Below are positions 35,501 through 47,500 of a DNA stretch of 64,000 nucleotides, in pieces (the stretch's first letter is position 1; the number at the start of each line of letters is the position of its first letter). This DNA is from Hydrurus foetidus (lineage: Eukaryota): NCBI GenBank assembly GCA_900617105.1, contig UYFQ01000182.1, positions 1 to 64,000 on the forward strand. The letters run 5' to 3'. Both the position numbers and the translations under genes were made by a program. The notes below the pieces were generated by a model. It saw nothing but the letters and a program-made list of their open reading frames with translations, was not told the DNA's origin and made no database searches.

Positions 35501-38500
35501 AGCCCATGGACCTGTCCACTGTGGAGAAGAATTTTAAGGCGGGTAAGTACGATGTGGAAGAGGGCGGCAAGCTCTTCGCCTCTGACCTTGACCTCATCTT
35601 CACCAACTGCGTGGCGTACAACGCCCCTCTAAGCGAGATTTCCAACTGGGCCCTCAACCTCGGTCAAATCGTGCAGACCATGATCGCCACTGCCAAGGAG
35701 GCAGAGGAGAAAGCCACTGTGCGCTTGGCACCAGTAACAAGCACATCGACAGCCCCCTTCACCGACGATCAGGACAAGAAGGCAGCAGATGGGAAGGATG
35801 AGAGGCCTGTAAAGAGGAAAAAGTACGACAAGTCCTCAACCGGTCTGGTGCTCTCCCTCTCCCTGTCCCCCTCTGACGATAAAGACAAGGACAAAGACAG
35901 GGCGGGATCAGTCCAGCTGAAGGGGCCCAAGAGACAAGACCTGGGACCCATAGGCAAGAGATGTTGGAGGATCTGCAAACAGATGTCCAGTGACCCCAGG
36001 ACACTCCCCTTCTTGCACCCCATCGATCTCTCCAAAGCACCCGGATACTTGGAAGTCATCAAGCGGCCTATTGACATGTCGGTTATTAAGAACCAGTTGG
36101 AGACGTACGAGAACTGTCCCAGAACGTTTCACGACGACATGGTGCTCATATTCGACAATTGTCTGGCCTACAACACGGAGGGTTCAGAGATGTGGAAACA
36201 AGCAGAGGAGAGGAAGAGCGAGTTCGAGAAGCTCTACTTGGAGAGCATCGGATCGGACGCACAGGCTCACATGCTCAACAAGCTCTGTCCTGCACCGGAT
36301 GAAGTCGGATCTCCCGGGTACAGGAAGGTAGGCAGACCGCTGGGGTCCACCGTCGCGAAGAAAATAGAGGGAGATGCCATGGGGATGGGGATGGGGATAG
36401 GGATGGGGATGGGGATGGGAGTGACAGCAGCAGAGACAATGGCCCTCAACGCTCTGGGTGTGGGTGTGGGTGGTGCACTGCATACGTCATCCATGCCTGG
36501 TAAGAGTGCCTCTACTAAAGGGAGTGCTAGTGCGTCATCAGCAGCAGCTGTACCTCCCCCTCTGTCACTGGGTGTGAGTGTTGTGCCCCTCAAGGCAGGA
36601 AGGAGAATGAGGTCAATCGAGGAGGTGGACAAACTCCTCAAATTGCTTGAACTCCCAGAGGGCCTAACCCATCCGGAGGTGAGGGAGAAGGCCGCCAAGA
36701 AAACCCGGTCACTGCTGACCCCCTGTTCCGCCCCCTACACCTCAGCGTGGAGCAATTACGAGATCCTGGACTTCGGAGAGATCCTTCCCTCTCCCTCCTT
36801 CTGCTGCGAGAGATACATATTCCCCAAGGGGTTTGTCAGCAAGCGCACCCTCAAGATATGCATCGTGTCTGATGCGGCACTACTGCCCTTGGAAGGGGAT
36901 GTGAAAAGTGGGTGCAAAGATGTGTCGTACTTTAATTCCACCTCCTTTTCTTCTTCGTCTTCTTCCTCTGCACTGCCCTTCGCGTCTGTTGTGTTCACGA
37001 ATACCATACAGTCGAGCGAAGCTGGTCAGCCGCTGTTCACCATCGCAATCGAAGGGTACGTAAGAACTATTGAGGAGAAAGGACACTGCGCATCACCTGC
37101 GACTAACTATATCTCTTGCCGCTACCTTCTACTCCACACTCTCTCATCACATCTCACTCCGCTGACTGTTAAATCTTGGTGCACTACAATGAAGTGCTAC
37201 GCAACATGGTGCGATGCGATGAAATGTGCGCTGAAGCTACTTTATCTTCTACTGAATCGTGTGGTGTGGTGTGGAGTGGTGTGGTGTGGTGTCATGTTGT
37301 TACATTTGATATGATGTGATACGATAGTCAGCCACGGAAGCATGTCATCGTGAGATGTCTCCGGTCACCCTATCACCTCTTACCTCTCCCCTCATCTCAC
37401 CATCATTTGCATCTCTCCCTTCATCTCCCTCTCATAGGAATGTGGCTGTGAGTGAGAGTAAGAAGTCCCCGAGAGATGCGTGGCTCATCGCCATCAGCAA
37501 GGGAGAGCGCGTCCTCTCCGCTCTGGGCAACAAACTCAGACGGTGCAGAGCAGTGTTCAACCGTCTGTGCACCTCCCCCTTCATAGTCGACTTCCTCGAG
37601 CCCTACCCCCTGCACATCACGGGCGCGGCTGACTACTACAGGGTAATCAAGGCGCCCATGTGGCTCAGACTGGTGCACTCCCGCCTCGTGGAGGGCACAT
37701 ACGACAACGAGTTTGATTTCGCTTGGGATGTGCGTCTCGTGTTCGCCAACTGCTGCGAGTACAACGCACCTCAGACAGAGCTGCACATTGCAGCGCAACA
37801 GCTGACCGCTGAGTTCGAGATCCTCCTGTGCGACTGGGTGCACAACGTTAGAGATGTCAGCGTGGACGATCTAGCCATTGGGCCATGGGACGGCTGGACG
37901 TACCTTAAGTATTTTGATGCCGCGGACTTCAAGGAGAACTTCTGTCGACTAACCGGCACCAGGACTGTGGAGGTTCGTGGACCTGCACATTCCAACACCG
38001 CACTGTCATCTACTGCACCACAATGCTCTATACTGTCTGCAATATTCTCCATATCTGCTCTGCTACTGAACCTATATTTCTGAAATTAAAAGTGAAGCTC
38101 CTCCTCCATCCATCGTACTCTATACTGCACTTCAAATCATTCTCTTCGTCTTTTTCACTCTTCTGACATCACGGCCCCATCCTCCATCTCAACAGAGCGA
38201 GCTGAATGACTGCACTATGTGCGAGGACCAGTATCTGCGCTCCCTCTCCCACGGCATGTACAAAGCAGCGTCTAGAGATGGAGCGCCCGATGAAGCGAGC
38301 TGGATATGCGCCAGATGTGTAACCGCCAGTCAGACACCAATCATGACGGGGCTACCGGGTCTGCCGAAGGCAGTGCTGAAGCCGTGTTACGGTAAAGACA
38401 GTGTAGACGGCCACATGTACTTCCCCGCCCCGGAGTTTGGTGCAGGATGGTGTCAGGCGAAAAGACGAAACCGCTTGGCTCTCAAGAACATTTATCTCTC

Positions 38501-41500
38501 CCCTCTGGGTTACGAATTGTTTTCCAAAGAAGAAGCACTAGCGCACCAAGAATTCGAAAAAAATGTGCATGTCAATCTTCTTATCAGTCGAGAGACCGAG
38601 TATAGAGAGACAAGAGAGAGCGAGGTGGGGGAGAAGAGACCGAAAGGCAAGCAGGGGAAGGGTCACGGCAAGAGCGCGAGACACAAGAGGGCAGTGCTGA
38701 CCCCTGAGAAAAAGTCCCCAGGACGCCACTACTCCTCCACTGCCCTCTCCTCCTCCTCCTCGTCTCCTCCTTTGAGCCATCTATCTTCCAAACCCATCCC
38801 CGTCCCTGTACCTGCACCTGTTGCATCCTCAGCTGATGAAGAGGGAATGCTGTCTTTGGGCAAGTTATGTGACTTTCGTGTGCCTACTGGATGCCAACTC
38901 ATATGGTACGCAGACCTTTCCCAGGGTGAAAAAGAGAAGGAGAAGTCTTCTATTCCCCAGGGGACAGAGGAACCTTCCATCAGCAAGCAATGTGTCGCCC
39001 ATTTGTCATCACTAGGAATCAAACCTATCACGAGTGTTACACTTCCCTTAGGGGGGTTCTTTGGACTTGACGAATATGATGTGAGGTCAGAGATAGAGGC
39101 GCTAGTGGGGTCAGAGGAGTGTGTAGGGTACCACTTCTGGGCTGCCAAAGAGATCAGAGATTCCCTCATAGCGGAGTGCAAGGCTGACTCGTACCGTATG
39201 GTAGAGAAGAAGTGCATAGATCAGCGGTTAGTGGCCTTGATTCTGGAAGAGAAGAACCACTGGGTCAGGGCGAAGACAGAGCACTACGCATCCTTCAGAG
39301 TGCCTTTTCAGGGTGTCGAGACATCTGCCCCCGTCCCTTCTCCTGCCCCTGTCTCTGTCCCTGTGCCTGATGGACTCCCTCCTCTTCAACTCCCTCGCAC
39401 CCCCTCCATATCTGAGACTGCTATTGAAATGAACACCCAGTCCAGTAGCAGTGGCATTAAATCGGAGATCGGATCTGAAGGCGCTGCCGCAGTATCGAAT
39501 GTCATGGTGAGTGTGGCGAATACCGCTGATGTTATGTCATGTCATGCTATGTCAAGTCATGTCGTTTATGATGGCGTCGATGTCATGTCGTGTGTAGCCG
39601 TGTCATGTCATGAATGATGGCAGTATGCGACTGCTGTATTGACCTGACCCTCTTTCAGTCGGCCAGCACATCTCGTTCTAAGGGCATGCATATCATGGCG
39701 ATCCCATCCCTCTCTGTCTCATGTCCACCTCCACTACCTGCGCCAATCATCCGCATTACTTCTGTAATGCAACGTACCGTACTGTACCGCATATTCCCTC
39801 TCAGAACAGTTACCATCACCACGCCTCACCACCATATTTTCAATCGAACAGGTGCTCGCAGCAGATGTCAAACCTTCACCACCTCAACTAGATAAGCCGG
39901 ATTTCCAACCGCTATTTCCGGCCAATTACACCACACAGATGGGGGAGCTTGCCCTGTGTCTGTGGGACTTCCTAGACGCCTCCTCCGGTCTCACAGGGGA
40001 ACTTTCCTTCTCCCTACTGGAGATCATCAAGTGCATCCCCAAACCAGAAACAATCGTGCCAACGTAAGTACTCCTCCATGTCCGTGCTCTGTGATCCAAT
40101 CTGATCACTTCTTCCAAGTGTCCGATTTGATTTGACGCAATCTTATCTGAGTGTCCTCTCTGTCTTTCATTCTTCCTTCCTTTCTTACCTTCACTTTATT
40201 CTTCCTTTCTCCCTCCTTTTCTGTAGCTTGGGTCAGATGGTGTTTGACGAGATCTGCACACTGCTAACTGGCGTACTTCTGTCTGAGTTACAGAGGGAAT
40301 GCGTGAACACCGTGCGGGACTTCACCCTCCAAGAGATCCTCCTAGCCAAGCCTCTGAACATCATCACCTGGCCTTTCGTAGCGAGGAGTCTCTTGATAGT
40401 GCTCAGACAGAGCTTCAAGCAGGTCGAGGCCATGCACGTCTTCAACGCTCCAGCCACAGAGAGAGAGGTGCGTCTTCTCCGCTCTGTTCCCTTTTGCTCA
40501 TCTTTCAACGCTTCTTGCAGAGCTTTCGACTGACGGATTCTAACACATATCCTGTGTCGCGCACCACGCATTCATGTGGATTTTTATTGTGTTGTTTGTT
40601 CTAACATTGATTTCAAATATATGCTCCGCGCAACCTGCACCCTTCCTCATCATATAGATGAGCAGGACCATGCTATCCGTACAGCTGCTGCACCCTTCGA
40701 AGAGTCTCCTCTTCTTCCTCATCATTTCTTCTCCCTTTCCAGCTCCTCTTTGCGCTCTTTCCTCCTTTTCGCTCTCCCCGACAGTCATTTTTCTAAAATA
40801 GCTGCGTGAAAGTCGTTCTTCAAAAAACATTTGCGGCACATCTTTTCAAAACCAGACAGCCCTACGGCACTCACCTCGCTATACTGCACTGCACTGCACT
40901 GCATTCCTTTTCTCCCTCCGCTCTCACTCCTCTGAATCTACACCACTCTACCCCCACAGGCGATGTTGCAGGACGACATTCTCTGCCTGGTATTCAGCCA
41001 CCCCTGCATCAAGCGGTTTCTCTTTGAGCCTCGTACTAAATCCACGGGCATGCAGGACGTGCTGAGGGCGGTCCCGTCCCCAGGGGGCAGGAGCGTCTTC
41101 ACAGTGAGATACCGCTGTCTGTGCGAAATCATAGCAAGCGGGGGCAACGAAGGTACTATACCGTACTGTGTTGTGCCATGTGTGCCGTGTTCCTTCCCGC
41201 CAGAGCTGTCCTAACTTGTGCTGTGCTTCGCTGTGCTGTATTAATGAATGGTCATTACTCTTGCCTTACAGCAGCCAACACGATACGCGGACCTATCTCC
41301 AACTTTAGTACATTTCTTGTGATATACCTCCCACTCTATGCCATCTTTCCCTCTTTTCCATCCCCTTCCACTCCATGGTATCTTTGCCTCTTTTCCATTA
41401 CCTCCCACTCCATGGTATCTTTGCCTCTTTTCCATTACCTCCCACTCCATGGTATCTTTGCCTCTTTTCCATTACCTCCCACTCCATGGTATCTTTGCCT

Positions 41501-44500
41501 CTTTTCCATTACCTCCCACTCCATGGTATCTTTGCCTCTTTTCCATTACCTCCCACTCCCCCCAATCTACCATACCTAATTGATTTCCTCGAACACCCCG
41601 GAACTCTTTTTATCTCCCAGGAATTTATGAGACCCTGGGTGACTTCGCAGACGATCTGATGGGAGTGTTCTTGGACACCTTCAGCGCTGCTTCCGCCTCA
41701 ACCGCATCACAAGAGAGAGAGACACACTCCTCAGCAGGTGAGGTGTAGTTGCTCTTACTGTCTGACAGACACTGATGAGAACGTGCATTTACCAGACCTA
41801 ATGTAGGTAGAGAAAGAGAAGGGGGAGAGTGTGTGACCTCTGCCAGAGACAACTACCAATGACTGATAGAGATCTATTTTCTCCATACCCATCCTCACCT
41901 GGCATCACCTCACTAGACTTGACTATGTTCGACTCATCCTATGATCACCCCCCTTCCCTCCACCTCATCCTATTTGACAGACGACAGTAGCAGCAGCATC
42001 GGCCATGTCGAGCAAGAGCAGAGGAGTGACGCGTGGATGCTTCGACACGACTCGCGTGCACTCGCCATATGGCTGTCAGGACTGTTGGATAGATGGGACA
42101 TACCGCACAACAAGACTGCTGTTGACACTGCACTGGGCGCATACGGCAGAGATGTCCCTGTGCTTGGCGCTGCTCATCTCGCCACTGCAAGCACGGACAC
42201 AGATGCACTGGAAGTGGACATAAATGAGCTCATGCTGGACCCCTTTTCCTTCAGCTACCGATTCGCCTCACCCCTGGAACCCTCTACCTCTCCTAGTCCC
42301 TCCCCGCCCCCTCCCACCCCCTTCAGTCGAGTGGAGTTATGTCAGTACATGAGGGACGTAAGAGCTCTGAGCGGATTAGAACGTACACTGCAATTGTTGC
42401 GTACATCCGATCCCGAGACATGGTGTACTGAAGATCGCATGGCCGTGCTGTCCACCCTCATGGACAAGGTGGGGGACTCCCACACACTCAAGGTGCAGAG
42501 GCTAGCTAGTCACTATGCGCGCATAGCGAGGATAGCGGTGGGCAGGATTGATGATATTCCGGATGAGCCCACAGTCCCACTAACACTTGAAGCTGTCAAG
42601 GTACAGAATCTATGTATATGTATATGTGTATATGAGTAACTATCACCATCGCCCTATTACCATCATTCTCCTTTACCTGAAGCTACCCTCCAATCGTCCT
42701 CCCCAACTTATCCTCTCTCGAGCTCTACTTCTAGCTGCAACTCGTGTGATGATGATTATTCATTTCTCACTAATGATGATAATAATAATAGTAATAATAA
42801 TAGTAATGATAATAATAGCAATAATGATGACAATAATGATAACAATAATAGTAGTAATAATAATGATAATGACGATGACAACCTCTACCGTATGATAACA
42901 GTTACTCATTTTACCATCGCAATAATTACAATTACAATATTTTCATCATCATAGGTGTCTTCGCGCAGCAGCGTGAGATGCCATCTATCCGGTGCTGAAG
43001 CCAAGTACGTAGACGCATCCGCCAAGTGGGTAGCGGTGCCGGAGATGCTTCTCTCCCCCCCTGCCCTCAGATCCTTCGAGCCCCCTGTTCCTGTCACTGT
43101 CCATGATGCAGAGGCGGATGCAGTGGTTGATAGTGATGGCGTGAAGCCTGTTGCGAAGGAGGAGATAGATGCATGTGAGGATGCACCTACTGATTCAAAG
43201 GAGAGAGAGAAGGAGAAGGAGAAGGAAGGAGACAAGCGCACCAGAGTGCGTCAGCCCTCCCAGATTCAGAAAGAGCGCATCATCGCCACTGCCACTCGAC
43301 CAGCAGACCAGCCGGTGGCATTAGAGAGCGCAGTGCTTAAGGTGGCTGCTGCGAGGGAGGTGGGGTGTCAGCAAATGGACAAACAGATGGAGCGACTCAA
43401 GATGCTGTGCTTGCAGCTGCCTTCTCTCACCTACTACAGAGTACCAGTGGAGTCCGAGTTGGAGTTGAGTCGCCTGGCTCCAACAGACATCAGCAGAGGC
43501 AACCCTCTGGGGAGGGACAGACACGGCAACGAGTACTGGCTGCTGTTCGCACAGCGCAAGATGCCTATTTTCTCCCAGGGCACAGCACTAGCTCTCCTTC
43601 GGAACTCCTTCACTGCTCCGACTTTCAACCCCCAGGTGCTCATGCGTACCCCATCAGGGATTTGGGGGGTGCATTCGGGGTTCAACATGGAGGTGCTCAT
43701 TGGCAGCTTCTCACCCTCTCTTCCGTGTGAACACTTCCTGAGGGAGAGTCTGTTAGAGAGTGTGCACTTTGCGAAGAAGGCTCTGCTCTCCAAGTACCTC
43801 GTGTTCCGTCCTATGCAGACGGAGTGGGTGGACAGACACGCAAGGGCTGAGAACCATTTGAAGGAAGTACAGGAACTCCCTGCTGGGCTAGACATCCCCA
43901 CCACTGTCAAGCGACTGGAGACTCTATGGGCGAAGTACACGGAGGTGCGGTGCATGGTGCACAACGGATGCACCTTCAGAAACGAGGCTGATGTGGCTTT
44001 CAAGCATCCGATGGCTAATGAGAGGGTGGAGAAAGATGCCTTGCAGAGGAGGCTCAAGAAAATGAAGGACTACTACCAGGACGAAGTAGTGGAGCACCAT
44101 CCAGTTAAGGGGTGGTTCCGATTCGACCCTATGGGGCACTTGAGGGAGTTGTGGTGCGCCACGTCAGCAGATAGAATGCATGCTGATCCGATGGTATGCC
44201 AACAAATGATACTCACCGCCAAGAAGAGCAAGTTCCTAAGCACGCTCATACCGTACACCCCCCCTGTCATGACTGCATCTGTACCCGCTATTGCTGCTGC
44301 TGCTGCTGCTGGTGGTGGTGTGAGTGTGCCTCTATTGGCACTGACTGCAGCTCAAGGGACAGTGGGTAATGTCTCTTCTAGTGCAGGTGTCGATCACACT
44401 GCTGCTGCTGTGTCAGTCAGTAGCAGTAACAGTAACAGTAACAGTAGTAGTAATGTGTCTTCTGTGGCAGCTATGTCAAGTCACGTGCAAGGACAGGGAC

Positions 44501-47500
44501 AGGGACAGAGCACACTACAAGTGCCCTCAAGTGCTACTGCTACTACAGTCACTCTTCCACCCAACAGCTCGACCATCAGTGACAACGCCATCACACTGCC
44601 CACATCCACTTACACCCCCTCGGTCCCCCCACAGACCTATGAGGAGGAAGATGAGGGAGATATGGTGCCTCCCGAAAGAAATTCGTCAGTGCTAGAGGGA
44701 GGGATGCAGGGTGTCTCATGCAGTGGAGATGATAGCAAATCTGAGTATATATTGAGGAAGGGGTCAGGTGAAGGAGGTGGAGTGGAAGAGGTAGAGAAGG
44801 CTGAAGAGCAGGATGTGGAAGAGGCAAGAGAAGAAGACTTATTTCCTCCCGTGACTCCCAAGGGCATGGAATCAGAAGTGGAGGAAGTTCCGGAGTCCGT
44901 GGTGCACACCTCTACCTCTCCTTCTCAGTCTAACTCTCACTCTAATTCCCTCGCCTGTTTGAGTGCGAGTGTGGCTGCCGTAGAAGTGCAAGAAGAAGGA
45001 GAAGGTGAGAGGTCAATTGCAGGAGCAGGAGCGGGGAAAGAAAACGGTACAGCTACATTCCCATCGAACGTTTCATTGGCTCTGCAGGGCGCTGTGAGAA
45101 GCAGTGCTGAGGAGGACATCATGGATGGACAAATAAATGCACATATCATAACAGAGGAGCAAGAAAGTAAAATGGAAATAGACGACTTGTCTCTCGGAAA
45201 TGGAGGTGGAAATAGAGATGAAGGAGATAGAAATAGAGATGGAGGGGGTGTTGGGACGGAGGAGGAGGGAGGCGATGGTGATGGTGATGGTGATGGTGAT
45301 GGTGATGGTGAACTCGATGAAGATACTATCGGTGAAATGGATGTAGATGTTGATATTGACCTGGAGATGGAGAACAACACCGATGCTGACATAGACATAG
45401 ACATTGATGGTGATGCCAGTATTGATGTTGATGGAGATGGAGAGGATCATATCGATGAGGGAGAGGAAGAGGATCATATCGACGAGGGAGAGGACGAGGA
45501 TCATATCGATGAGGGAGAGGAAGAGGATCATATCGATGAGGGAGAGGGACAGGGAGAGGGAGAGTGTGTGAACGAAGACGCTGACGAGGACACACAAGGT
45601 GTCGAGGAGAGCACAGCAGGCACACAGATAGGGACGGAGACTGAAATGGACATCCAGTCAGAAGGCGTATCACGATCCTCCTCTGCTCCTCCCACACAGT
45701 CCGCAGTGGTCAAGAGGGAGTGGGTACCGCAGGCCCGCCTTGGGGTCGCGCATGACCCTTCATCCGAGCACTTGGCCTACATGAACTCCAACATGGCGAG
45801 AGTTAAGGTACGCTATAGCTGTGTCACAAAGGTAACGAACTCTACTGTAACGTACTGTACTGCGCTGCGCTGCGCTGTGTTGTGATACATCATGCACCAT
45901 CAATTCCTTCTGCACTGTAATACGTCCTACATTGTACACTATCTAAACACACCACATCATGCAATAATATCTACATTCCCCTTCCTCTTTTTCACCGCCA
46001 TTTTCTCCTTTTTATCTTCCAAGTTTGTCTTCCATCCTCAGCTCTCTTATTTCCAACGTGACGTGTGAGAAATTCCTCCGGTTCCTCTCCAGTCAAATCT
46101 TTTACCTCCTTTACTGTCGTTTAGTTATAATTTGTACTGCCACTAATCCCCGCTCATTCTGCCTTTGACGTTGCATCACTTCCTCTTACGCGGCTTCACG
46201 GAGGTCACCCACCTCTATCCCAACCACCCCCTCTTTTCTCTCGCACCATTCCTTCCTTTCTTCCTTCCTCCCTCCCTCCCTGACTCCTTCCCTCCCCACC
46301 TGCCTCTCTTCCTCCCATTCCCTTTGTCTGCAGGTGATAGAGCAGCTACACATCCTCACCAACGAAGTCCTGAGGGTCTACCCCAGCGGAAGCATCGCAG
46401 CAAACTTCTTGAACGTTTCCCAGGTTTGAAGAACCGATCCTCCAATTAGCCAACAACCGCATCTAATTCGTCATATTACATACCGTCACATCACATCACA
46501 CAACATCACGTCACATCACAATACATCACATTACGCTTAGTCCATGCTACCCTTTTCGAGCAAGACCTCTAATCTCTCGCCCCTACTGTATTCCCTCCCT
46601 TCCCCCTCCCCTCCCCTCCCCTCCTGCTTCTTTCCCTTTTAGTCGGGCATTTCTCTATGCTGCAGCGGCACGAAGCCGGATGCTTATGGGTTTAAATGGA
46701 GATTCTACGAAGGACCCCCCATCGACTGTGAGTGTGCTGACGTCATATACTGCTATCCCATTGTTGTCATCACTCATGCTTGACTGCTGATCGCTAGACC
46801 GTTGCTGAAACCTGTATTCAACGAGGAACCTCTCCCTCCTTTCCTACATTCCTCCCTTCACTTCCCTTCGTCCTTTTTTGTCTCATCCTTCGTTTTATTT
46901 CTTCTGCCTTGCATGTCATTTCATTTCACTACGTCCCGCTAAATCACTCACTCACTGCACTGTATCGCTGATGCTCATGTTCATACTCGTAGGGAATCAC
47001 ATCGCGAACAAGCAGATGTCCATCGACCAACTGCAGACCATGCAAGTCATACGGGGGAAGAGAACAACCCTCGGTCCCGAAGATGCGGGAGGGCACACGG
47101 GGCTGTTCCATGCCGCCCCTGGGAGACCGAGGAAAGCTGACAAGGTGAAGAGATGGTTGATCTGTCCCTTTACTTACAGTAATTAATGTTTTTCCTTGTC
47201 TTTGCTCTACCCTGCTCTTCCCCTCTCTCTTCTCTGCTGTATAGGCGACAGCAGCAAAGTGTGAGTCGCCAAGCACCATCACTGTGCCCTGCTCATTCTC
47301 ACACGCACTCATACTCATCCTCCTTCTTCCCATCTTCCTTCTTATGTTACTTCTCCTTCTCCTCCTCACTTCCCTACTTCCCCACTCCTCTTACTCGCAC
47401 TCCTTTTCCGTGACAGGCATCTTATGACGCCACTCTCGAGGAGTACAATGCCCTCAACCCCATGTCAAGCGTGATCGCCCCCAAGTACCCCCTACTCCCC

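Noticed and set aside
41371..41555. 37-bp repeats of CRISPR-like length
   Set aside because: The copies are head-to-tail with no spacers, lie in a eukaryotic intron, and have no cas genes nearby. This is a minisatellite.
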